From Nitrospinaceae bacterium (GTDB lineage: Bacteria; Nitrospinota; Nitrospinia; Nitrospinales; VA-1): 35,924 bases of DNA. A program made the translations under genes and the position numbers. The DNA is taken from the NCBI GenBank assembly GCA_029261675.1, contig JAJDBA010000309.1:1-35924 (forward strand). Reading direction: 5' to 3'. The notes under the pieces are model-generated. The model saw only the letters and a list, made by a program, of their open reading frames with translations, was not told the origin of the DNA and searched no databases. Of the stretch, positions 8,834 through 17,352 are shown one piece after another (position 1 is the first letter of the stretch; every line of letters starts with the position of its first letter).

Positions 8834-11398
8834 ATGGATTTTTCGTTAATCATAATTGTCTTGGTGGTTGTCGGTATCGGACTACGATTTGTCCTTTTCA
8901 GTTCTGATAAGGGCAGCTCACGTCAGAACAGAGAAAACCCTTCCTCAAGCTCGTCTACAAGTAAAGATGCTGTAGTTTCCTCTCCCAATTCCGGAAACTC
9001 TACTTCATCAAGCGGGGGATCTAGTCTGCTAAATCAATTATCCATGATTAACTCCAAGAAATTCCCCGCTTTATCAACAAAGCAATTACCGCAAAAGCTC
9101 GAAGCATTTTTTGGAAGGAAAGACATAATTCACGAAGTGAGCGGTAAAAATTGGGGAAGCGGTGGCCCAATATGTCTCTATGGTAAAAAAGCAGCGGGAA
9201 AAACAACTCTAGCATTAGTATTGGCTCATCAACTGGCTCCCAAGTATGCTGATGCTCAATTCTATATAGACCTAAAAGGGGAGGGGGATAAACCCTTATC
9301 TGTTGGCCAGGCAATGGGTTATGTGTTGCGCGCATTCAATCCGCACGAGCCTATACCTTCTGACCCGTTTGAGCTTTCTGAGCAATATGGTGCATCATTT
9401 CGAGGTAAAAGAATTCTGATTGTTCTCGAGAATGTGAAAAAACTTAGTCAGATAAAACAACTGATGCCATCGAAGGCCGGAATAATGATTACAACCTCGG
9501 AAGGTAAAATTGCACCTCCGGGTTCATTCTCAAGACAGGTGAAAGCTTTACATCCTGATGAAGGAGAATTGTTATTGTTTTATTTTGCTCCAAGTGCAAA
9601 ACAGGATGCAGGCGATATTTCTGAACTGTGTGGTCATTCACCGCTTGCGATCTCCATTGCAGGATCATTTCTCAAAGAATACCCAGACTATCCATTAGCC
9701 AATTTATTAAATCAACTTCGTGAAGAACGAAAGCTAATGAAGCCAGAGGGTGACGAATATCTGAAAGAAGAGAAAAAAGAAATTGAAATTATTGATCGCG
9801 ATGTACAGGCAATTTTCAATATCGTTAATAAGGAGTTGAAAAAAGAAACAGCGACCGTTCTTCGTAAGTTGGCCCTGTTTGCTGATTCTTTTGATGAAAA
9901 AGCAGAAGAGAATATTTGTGGGGATAGGGCTAACGAACATCTAAAAAGACTAGTCGCTTTGAAACTCATAGAATATGATCCGCTCAATCAAAGGTATTTT
10001 TTCCATGAAGTTATTCGTCAACTGGTTTCTAAAGAAGTAAGGCCTTCAGAGAAAATTCTGACTCACAGAAATCTGGCTCTTTATTATTATGAGGTGCTGG
10101 CAGAAGCCAATGAGCTTTATGGACAAGATGATGAAGCATCAGAAAGTGCTTTGAATATGTTTGATCTGAATTGGTTCAATATTCAGGCGGGGCATTCTTG
10201 GTCTGCTAACAAAAGCACGGAAGATGCAAATATCGCAAAACTCTGCGGTGACTACTGCACTCAGGCCCGGGTTTTGATGCCAATGCGCCACCCTCCGGAA
10301 GACTGTATTAAATGGAATGAGTCCGCTTTAACAGCATCGCGCGAATCTGAAAATATTGAGTCGGAAAAAAATAATCTACTCACACTGGGTATGCAGTTAT
10401 GTAGCTTAGGTTATTTTGAAAGAGCTGCCGAATATTTGGAAGATGCTCAAAGGCTTGCCAATCAGTTAAGCCACGTAAAAGATGAAAAAGATGCTTTGGA
10501 TTTATTAGGGCAAGCCTGCCTTGAGTTAGGAGACTATGAGAGAGCCAGTGAATGTTTTGAAAGAGTATTAGAGTTTGTAAAGCTCGAAGGCAATAAGAAA
10601 AAAGAAATGGAAGCGCTGGATTTCCTTGGTCAGGCCTATTACAAATCTAACGAGTTGGAGGAGGCAGAATCCAATTTTAAAAAATCACTGGAAATTGCGC
10701 AAAAGACGGATAGCAAGCCACAAGAGGCTAAAAACTTTGAAGATCTTGGTCTTGTCAGCACTAAAATGAAAAAATTCACCACGGCAATTTCTCAATTTAA
10801 GCAAGCCAAAACCGTGGCCCGGCAATGTAAAGACCAGACACGAGAGATGGGAGTATTACAGGGTATGGCCAATGCCCATATCAAAATGGGCAAACCCAAA
10901 AAAGGAATTGAAAATCTGGAGGCAGCTATCACTCTAGCAAAAAAAATGGGCAGTAAGAGAGATCAGGGAATAATATTAAAAAAACTGGGTGACTTTTATC
11001 AACAACTCAAGGAATTTGAAAAGGCTGCAGAGTTCTATGAAAAAGGCTGGCCCAAGATTCGTAAGGGTACAAATTTCAAATTTGAATATAACTTACTCAA
11101 TAGCTTGGGTGAAACATATTTAGAGCTGAATAATGATGAAAAGGCTTTGATATGCTTTCGCCACGCTAAATCCATTGGCAGGAAAAATGGTGAGCAATAT
11201 CTAGAGGCGAAATCTCTTTGGAATATGTCGCTGATATATCAAAAATCTGGCCCTCCAGAAGAAGCGATGAACTTTGCAGATATGGCAAGTCAAGCATGCC
11301 CGGAAAACCCAACAGACGAAGCTAAAAAGTTGGAAAAAGAGATTAAAGAATGGGTATTGAAAAAAGTCGAAGAAGATATTAAAGGCAGCGGATTGTAA
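8834..11398 (+). CDS. Membrane-anchored NB-ARC (STAND, AfsR-like) NTPase with C-terminal TPR array
   Basis: Hydrophobic N-terminal helix (FSLIIIVLVVVGIGLRFVLF), Ser-rich linker, FFGRKD, Walker A GKKAAGKTT, Walker B-like ILIVLEN, CGHSPLAI (GxP), FHE (MHD-like), then repeated LG..Y...G....A helical repeats. Confidence 0.88.
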   Translation: MDFSLIIIVLVVVGIGLRFVLFSSDKGSSRQNRENPSSSSSTSKDAVVSSPNSGNSTSSSGGSSLLNQLSMINSKKFPALSTKQLPQKLEAFFGRKDIIHEVSGKNWGSGGPICLYGKKAAGKTTLALVLAHQLAPKYADAQFYIDLKGEGDKPLSVGQAMGYVLRAFNPHEPIPSDPFELSEQYGASFRGKRILIVLENVKKLSQIKQLMPSKAGIMITTSEGKIAPPGSFSRQVKALHPDEGELLLFYFAPSAKQDAGDISELCGHSPLAISIAGSFLKEYPDYPLANLLNQLREERKLMKPEGDEYLKEEKKEIEIIDRDVQAIFNIVNKELKKETATVLRKLALFADSFDEKAEENICGDRANEHLKRLVALKLIEYDPLNQRYFFHEVIRQLVSKEVRPSEKILTHRNLALYYYEVLAEANELYGQDDEASESALNMFDLNWFNIQAGHSWSANKSTEDANIAKLCGDYCTQARVLMPMRHPPEDCIKWNESALTASRESENIESEKNNLLTLGMQLCSLGYFERAAEYLEDAQRLANQLSHVKDEKDALDLLGQACLELGDYERASECFERVLEFVKLEGNKKKEMEALDFLGQAYYKSNELEEAESNFKKSLEIAQKTDSKPQEAKNFEDLGLVSTKMKKFTTAISQFKQAKTVARQCKDQTREMGVLQGMANAHIKMGKPKKGIENLEAAITLAKKMGSKRDQGIILKKLGDFYQQLKEFEKAAEFYEKGWPKIRKGTNFKFEYNLLNSLGETYLELNNDEKALICFRHAKSIGRKNGEQYLEAKSLWNMSLIYQKSGPPEEAMNFADMASQACPENPTDEAKKLEKEIKEWVLKKVEEDIKGSGL

Positions 11399-11399
11399 C

Positions 11400-11693
11400 C
11401 TACCCTTTAACCTTTTTCCATTTTAGGGTCACATCGCCTTTCCGTATCTTTACTTGACAACCTAGCCGCATGCCATCCTCAAGGTCTTCTTCCAATAAAT
11501 AATCCTTTTCCTCTTCTGTGATTCTCGAAAGGTTTTCTCGACCTTTAACTACAGTGACTTCACACACTCCACAGGTTCCCTCTGTGCAACCAAAAGAAAG
11601 TGAAACATCAACTTCATCGCAAAACTCCATGAGTGGGGTGCCATCTTCCACCTCATGCGTAACATTGTCTGTCTTGAAAAATACCTTGGCCAC
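11400..11693 (-). CDS. [2Fe-2S] ferredoxin
   Basis: C-x4-C-x2-C motif (CTEGTCGVC) plus distal RLGCQ; acidic, 97 aa; GTG start with GGGGAG RBS. Confidence 0.93.
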   Translation of the reverse strand: MAKVFFKTDNVTHEVEDGTPLMEFCDEVDVSLSFGCTEGTCGVCEVTVVKGRENLSRITEEEKDYLLEEDLEDGMRLGCQVKIRKGDVTLKWKKVKG

Positions 11694-11734
11694 GCTAAAC
11701 TCCCTTTAAAACTGGCTGATTGTGAATCCTTAGA

Positions 11735-12625
11735 TCAAATGCCAGTATCTTTTAAAAATTGGATGTGCTTTATTTGTTCTTCAGTTAAATTTTTTGGTAT
11801 TTCAATTTTCACATTTACAAGTTGATCGCCCTGAACACCTGATGAAGATTTAATACCCACTTCTTTTCTTCGTAATTTTGAGTTGCTCTGTATCCCAGGA
11901 GGAATCTTAACACTTTTTATTCCGTTTAATGTTTGCACTTCAATAGTCGTGCCTAGTAGTGCATCCGTCAATTTAATTTCAGAGTCAATCATAACATTTT
12001 GGCCATCCCGTCTGAAAAGAGGGTGGGGGAGGACTCGAATTTTCAGGTGCAAGTCCCCCTGGTTTTTACCGTCTGGACTCAAATGACCTTTTCCTTGCAA
12101 CCTGAGTATTTTTCCATTTGTGACCCCTGAAGGGATTTTAATACTTGTCTCCTCTACAACGCCATTTCTTGAAATGGCAATATTTCTTTGTGCTCCCAGG
12201 GCTGCTTCTTCAAAACCAATGGAAAGTTCTTTTATTAGAGTAGGAGGCTTTACACTTTGTGGATTTGGACGTTGAAAAGGATTTCCTCCACCGGGAAAAC
12301 CACCTCTCCCTTGATGAGGGTTACCTGCATTCGAACCAAAGCCAAACCCACGAAGAATATCATTCACGTCAAAGTCTCGAAAAATATCTTCTTGTGAAAA
12401 TTTTTGATGAAATCCTTCTGATCCAAACTGATCATATTCTCGACGTTTTTTCTTATCGCTGAGAACCGCATAGGCTTCACTTATATCTTTAAATTTGCTT
12501 TCCGCTTTGGCATCACCCTCATTGCGATCGGGATGATATTTCATAGCCTGCTTGCGATAAGCCTTTTTAATCTCATCATCGGAAGAGCCCTTTTGAATTC
12601 CAAGAACCGAGTAGTAGTCTGTCAT
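11735..12625 (-). CDS. Class B J-domain chaperone (DnaJ/CbpA-like, no zinc finger)
   Basis: J domain DYYSVLG...KYHPDRN, G/F-rich region and two DnaJ C-terminal domains; no CxxCxGxG repeats. Confidence 0.93.
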   Translation of the reverse strand: MTDYYSVLGIQKGSSDDEIKKAYRKQAMKYHPDRNEGDAKAESKFKDISEAYAVLSDKKKRREYDQFGSEGFHQKFSQEDIFRDFDVNDILRGFGFGSNAGNPHQGRGGFPGGGNPFQRPNPQSVKPPTLIKELSIGFEEAALGAQRNIAISRNGVVEETSIKIPSGVTNGKILRLQGKGHLSPDGKNQGDLHLKIRVLPHPLFRRDGQNVMIDSEIKLTDALLGTTIEVQTLNGIKSVKIPPGIQSNSKLRRKEVGIKSSSGVQGDQLVNVKIEIPKNLTEEQIKHIQFLKDTGI

Positions 12626-12706
12626 TTTCGTAAAGAGTTGAATTTTAAGGAGATTTTGTCTAAACTTAATCTGATTTAATTATAAATTATACAACCTTGT
12701 AGAGCT

Positions 12707-13534
12707 ATGAAAAGTATTTTTCGAGCAATTAGTATTTTATTTTTCTTCATGTTTTTGACCGCTTGTGGCGGGTACCTTCCTTCGGCTCCCAGTAATTGGT
12801 CGGCGAACCCTACTGAAATGCATGCATGGGACCCTCCTGATGCAGAAACCCTAGCTAAAAGAAGAGAGAATCAAGAACATCTGGATAAACTAACAAGTGA
12901 AATCGAAAGACTGTTCATAAATCATGCCTCCCTAGATCAACAGGGAGCAACCATGGATGATTTAACTCGCAAAACGGATGCGAAGATCCGCAGATCTGAA
13001 AAGGAATTTACAGACCAGATTGGGAAAGAAATCGACCGTAGTAAAAAAATGCAATCCGATGTAAAGGAAACGCAGACAAAACTCAAACAAGCAGAGGAAA
13101 GGCTAAAAGAACGAGCTAAAATTATACCTCCTGTTATTTTCTCCAGTGCAAATTATAATGCGGCTATGAAAGCTTTCAGTCAAGGGCAATACCAAATAAG
13201 CCTTAGACTTTTTAATAAACTAATTAAACAAAACCCTCCCAAGTTTCTAGAAGATAATATCCACTTCGGTTTAGGCTCTTCTTATTTTAGGTTAAAAAAG
13301 TATTCTCAAGCACAGAAACATTTTCAAAAAATACTTGATGACTTTCAAATGGGAGACAAACGATTCAACTCTTATGTAATGCTCGGAGTTATTCATAACC
13401 TTCAGGGTGAAAAGAGCCGAGCTCTCTACTTGCTTGATGAGGCGCTCAGTAACAATCCTCCAGAGAGGATGAAGCCATTGATCACTCGATTAATCAGAAA
13501 TATAAATGAGGAGCCTGCTCATGCCGCTAATTAA
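12707..13534 (+). CDS. Lipoprotein with coiled coil and TPR domain (CpoB/YbgF-like architecture)
   Basis: Signal peptide with lipobox LTAC, a central coiled coil, and TPRs (YNAAMKAFSQGQY...FGLGSSYFRLKKY). Confidence 0.8.
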   Translation: MKSIFRAISILFFFMFLTACGGYLPSAPSNWSANPTEMHAWDPPDAETLAKRRENQEHLDKLTSEIERLFINHASLDQQGATMDDLTRKTDAKIRRSEKEFTDQIGKEIDRSKKMQSDVKETQTKLKQAEERLKERAKIIPPVIFSSANYNAAMKAFSQGQYQISLRLFNKLIKQNPPKFLEDNIHFGLGSSYFRLKKYSQAQKHFQKILDDFQMGDKRFNSYVMLGVIHNLQGEKSRALYLLDEALSNNPPERMKPLITRLIRNINEEPAHAAN

Positions 13535-14177
13535 TGAGTTGGCTCCCGACTTAGAAGTCACAGAATGGGTTCAAGGTGAGCCTTCAAATATTAGTCAGCA
13601 AAGGGGAAAAATAATAATCGTGAAAGTATTTCAGGTGAATTGCCCTGGATGCTTTAGCGCAGGGTTTCCAGAAATCCTTGATGCGCTGCAAAATTTCAGT
13701 GATAAACCTGTCATTTTCTGGGGATTGGCTACCGCCTTTGAAGACTTTGAGTTAAATAATATTGAAAATTTAAAGAAACTTATAAGTCATGGTGAAGTGG
13801 TAGGTGAAACTTTGTATAGATTGGGAAGCCAGGGGATGCTCGAAAATAATCGGCTATCTTACACAATCCCTTTTCCCGTAGCATGGGACAATATTATTCC
13901 AGCAGATCCATCAAATGCATCTGTCGATGCTACAAAAATGATTGAAAGGGATTTTCCAGAATTTGCAAAACTACCTGAGTCAAGTCAAAGAAAAATAAGA
14001 GAGCAGGTAATGGCTTATTACAAGAATAAAAAGTTCTCTGCGGCGACTTTCGAAAAGTATCAGATGAGAGGAACACCTTCAACCTTGATGATTGATCAAG
14101 CAGGAGTACTCCGTGGAAAGTGGTTTGGGTCGGGGTTTGGTCTTACGAAAGAGATTGAAAATCTTTTGGCCGAATAA
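13521..14177 (+). CDS. Thioredoxin-fold (TlpA/redoxin-like) protein
   Basis: APDLEVTEW, FQVNCPGC (CxxC) and cis-Pro GTP motif. The start is moved to ATG 13521 because of a GAGGAG RBS at 13508-13513. Confidence 0.85.
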   Translation: MPLINELAPDLEVTEWVQGEPSNISQQRGKIIIVKVFQVNCPGCFSAGFPEILDALQNFSDKPVIFWGLATAFEDFELNNIENLKKLISHGEVVGETLYRLGSQGMLENNRLSYTIPFPVAWDNIIPADPSNASVDATKMIERDFPEFAKLPESSQRKIREQVMAYYKNKKFSAATFEKYQMRGTPSTLMIDQAGVLRGKWFGSGFGLTKEIENLLAE

Positions 14178-14218
14178 ACCAAGTTCTAAAATAGCAAGTC
14201 TAAAACTTATCTAAAGGG

Positions 14219-14386
14219 CTATAGGGCAGGATCATTCGACTTAGCTTTGTCTATGGTTTCTTTTATGCGTAGTTTTCTTAATAATCGCATATTTTCTTCC
14301 CGGAGCTTGTTCTCAAACTCCTCAACATTGTTGTTCTTGTGGCTATCATCCAGCGAAGGCACACTTTTACCTTGCGCAGCTTCCAT
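14219..14386 (-). CDS. Small hypothetical protein (55 aa)
   Basis: A perfect AGGAGG RBS (14392-14397) precedes ATG at 14386, giving MEAAQGKSVPSLDDSHK...DPAL, a charged helical sequence. Confidence 0.65.
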   Translation of the reverse strand: MEAAQGKSVPSLDDSHKNNNVEEFENKLREENMRLLRKLRIKETIDKAKSNDPAL

Positions 14387-14604
14387 GCCCGCCTCCTTTT
14401 TAATTATTTTGCGATAAATCAATAATAAACGAATTAACTGAATTTGTCAATTCTAAACTATTGAATTTTTGTGGATTAGTGATTTTCTTTCCTGAATAGG
14501 CTAAAAGAGAATTATGACCCTTCTTAGTATAATAAAAGTCAGTTTTGAAAAATTCAAAAGGTTTGATTGAGTGTGTCGCTCGGGCGTTATCGAGGTGGAG
14601 CAGA

Positions 14605-16488
14605 TTAAATTCCTTTGCTTCCCTTCGCAAATACTTCAAAGGCAGTTATATTGAATTCAACAGCTCCCTTCAAAACATCATAAAAATCCCGATCTCGTAG
14701 AAACTCTTCTTCTAATAGTTCTTTCCCCCCAGCCGAAGTCTTCTTGTTCATAATTGCAGTCGACCTTTGATTCCAACTCGAAAATCCAGAATAATCATAA
14801 CCCTGCAATAGCAATGTTGCGTCTTCATCTTTTAGAAGAAACTGAATTATTGACTTCATACTTTGAACAAACTCCCCCTTACTCTGGTTTGTGAGAGGTT
14901 CGTCTTTAAAAAACTGGTTTTCAAGTTTGTTTAAGAGATTGGAAACCTCGGCGAAAATGACAAGTTGTTTGTCAGCAGCTCTGATTACCTTATTAATGTC
15001 AGACAATTCCATTGGAATGGAATGGAGGGTAGTCTTTATTTTAGCCGAAATATTGACTGTGCAATATGAATTTATTGCTTCACGCAGGGATATATTATTT
15101 AACCCTTTTATTCCAATGCCGCCTTCTGTTGCATTAAAGGCTTTTGAACTTTCATCTATTGAATTAGAAAACATATTTGAATAGGTTTCCATAGATACTG
15201 TAGTGCTTGTTGTAATATCAAAAACATTCGGTCTCTCCAGTAGATTACTAGAATACAAATGGAACTTTTCCTGATCCAAATAATTCATGGTTTCATGCTG
15301 ATTCACTTTGTCTTCCCGTTGGAGATAGTAATAAGAATTCCTGCAGTGCAATCGCTTCTTTGAGAAGGAGAGATCCTGTCCAATGAATATAATTGGTTCA
15401 CACCCAATGAATTTGGCAAATTGGAATGCCGCATGGGCGACTGAAAATATTTTTTCCAGAGAACCCTTCTCCCCCATATGCCTCTGTAACCATTCGGCCA
15501 AACTGATGGAAGAGTTATAGGTAAGACGTTTACCTGGAAAAGTATCTGGAATTCTTGATGGGACGACAGGGTTATAAAGCAACCAGGAATCCTTCGAATT
15601 GTTTTGCAGATCAAAAAAGTTGAGCGTTGTCTCGTCAGGATCAATTGCAACTATAAAATCAGGAAAAATTTTATTTTCAACGAGGGGCTTCAAAGCTGTT
15701 GCTACCGAGATTAGAAGAAAGTTGTCTCTTTTTGTATTAAGGTACTGAATATTTTTGTCGAGAGACGGGCCTGCTGAACAAATAATTACAGGGATATTTG
15801 ATAAGCGATTCTTTAAACTTGTTATCCCTGTACTGGTAATGAGATTTGAAAAATTTTTAATGATATTTTTATAAAAGGTTTTAGATTTTGCTGATTGTGT
15901 CTTAAGGTCAATTGTTGAAGCTTGAAAAATTTCCTTTATTCCTGCTAGCAGCTCACTGGTCCTTTTTGAATTTACTTCTGATAACGCATTTTGTTGAACA
16001 AGTCGATATCCATTTAAGCTGAAATTTACTTTTTCATCCTCTAATGCTGCTATTACTTCTTCCCGTTGTTGGGAGAAAATAAATGTCAGGCCGGGGTGGG
16101 TTAGAAGTTGTTCTTGATCATTAGCCTCAAAAGCCAATCTGGCCAAGTGCATGTCATTTTCTATTACAACGATTTTTGAATGTTCAGATGTTGCTTTAAT
16201 GAGTTCAGTGATGTGGTAGCCCAACCCCATCCCTACTACAATGAAATTCGTGGCATCACTAGCGCCTAATGATCCGATAAAACGGTTTGCCTCACGAATT
16301 GGATCGTATTTGCTGAGCAGATGTTTTTTGCTCCCCTTGGCATTTAGATGGGAAAGAGTGGGATAGCCAGATTGGGATAAGGAAACTTCATATTCCAGCG
16401 ATGACTGTGTGCTGTTTATAATCTCATATGCCTTAGGGTGAAGGGATTTTAAAAGAGAGAGATTCTTGCTGAGAATATCCACAGTCAT
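14605..16488 (-). CDS. Motility-associated factor (MAF/DUF115, MptE-like) glycosyltransferase-family protein
   Basis: Rossmann-like VVGMGLGY, ICSAGPSLDKNI, IFIGQDLSF and FNATEGG motifs typical of MAF-family proteins. Confidence 0.85.
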   Translation of the reverse strand: MTVDILSKNLSLLKSLHPKAYEIINSTQSSLEYEVSLSQSGYPTLSHLNAKGSKKHLLSKYDPIREANRFIGSLGASDATNFIVVGMGLGYHITELIKATSEHSKIVVIENDMHLARLAFEANDQEQLLTHPGLTFIFSQQREEVIAALEDEKVNFSLNGYRLVQQNALSEVNSKRTSELLAGIKEIFQASTIDLKTQSAKSKTFYKNIIKNFSNLITSTGITSLKNRLSNIPVIICSAGPSLDKNIQYLNTKRDNFLLISVATALKPLVENKIFPDFIVAIDPDETTLNFFDLQNNSKDSWLLYNPVVPSRIPDTFPGKRLTYNSSISLAEWLQRHMGEKGSLEKIFSVAHAAFQFAKFIGCEPIIFIGQDLSFSKKRLHCRNSYYYLQREDKVNQHETMNYLDQEKFHLYSSNLLERPNVFDITTSTTVSMETYSNMFSNSIDESSKAFNATEGGIGIKGLNNISLREAINSYCTVNISAKIKTTLHSIPMELSDINKVIRAADKQLVIFAEVSNLLNKLENQFFKDEPLTNQSKGEFVQSMKSIIQFLLKDEDATLLLQGYDYSGFSSWNQRSTAIMNKKTSAGGKELLEEEFLRDRDFYDVLKGAVEFNITAFEVFAKGSKGI

Positions 16489-16531
16489 AGTTAGTGATAT
16501 TTACGTGTTAAAGATGAAGTATCATTTGAGA

Positions 16532-17293
16532 TTAAATGGAAATGGAAAAATAAAAAAGCTCCCAGGTTGCGTAGACTCCCTGTTCGGTGGCAAAGCGTTT
16601 ATCATAATCACGGATTAGTTTTCTTAATCCGCCGGCGTTAAAAATTCTAATTGGCGCGGCTCCAATTTGTTGCAGGTTTTTCATGAGATTCAGGGTGCTT
16701 GGAGAAAATATTTTTCTTTTTTCCACATCAATAGAATTTAGTGTATACCCAGAATTTTTTATAAAATTTTTCCACTGCTTTAGAGAGAAGAGTGTGATTG
16801 GACTGCTTAAATTGGCTGTCTCGCGAAACTCCACTAGAGTTTGAGGGCCAAAAGTACTGAAAAGTATAGTTCCTGTTTTATTTAATGAACTCTTTAAATG
16901 CGCTAAGGTCTCCATCGGATTCAAGAACCATTGAAAAACTGCATTAGCGCAAATCAGATCGGTCTTTTCAAGAGATACTTTTTCAGCATTTCCTACTATG
17001 AATTTAGTATTTGTTGGAATGCTTAAGCGTGATTTTAAAGTTTCAATCATCACAGGTGAAATATCATTTAACGTCAATTCATTGATAGGCATGGTTAGCA
17101 GATGTCTAGTAAAGACTCCTGTTCCGCAACCTAGTTCAAGAATATGGGAAGGGGACTTTTCTGGCAAATAGGAAGCTAATCTTTCTGCCATCGATTTCTG
17201 TAATAGGGCGTAACGATCGTAGGAGTGCGCGTATTTTGAGAAACTCGCAATTATATTTTTTTCTATGCCGGAATTTTTGGGATCCAATGTCAA
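16532..17293 (-). CDS. bioC: Malonyl-ACP O-methyltransferase
   Basis: FSKYAHSYD...ALLQ, SAM motif ILELGCGTG, ANAVFQW, STFGPQTL; co-oriented with bioF. Confidence 0.9.
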   Translation of the reverse strand: MTLDPKNSGIEKNIIASFSKYAHSYDRYALLQKSMAERLASYLPEKSPSHILELGCGTGVFTRHLLTMPINELTLNDISPVMIETLKSRLSIPTNTKFIVGNAEKVSLEKTDLICANAVFQWFLNPMETLAHLKSSLNKTGTILFSTFGPQTLVEFRETANLSSPITLFSLKQWKNFIKNSGYTLNSIDVEKRKIFSPSTLNLMKNLQQIGAAPIRIFNAGGLRKLIRDYDKRFATEQGVYATWELFYFSISI

Positions 17294-17352
17294 ATCAGGA
17301 TTAAAGTTAGTGGCAGTGAAAAAAACGGAATGGACTTATTGATTTTATACAA

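Noticed and set aside
14400-14639. 79-aa ORF downstream of the MAF gene
   Set aside because: It overlaps the MAF 3' end, has no clear RBS or motif, and more likely is the upstream region of the 55-aa gene.
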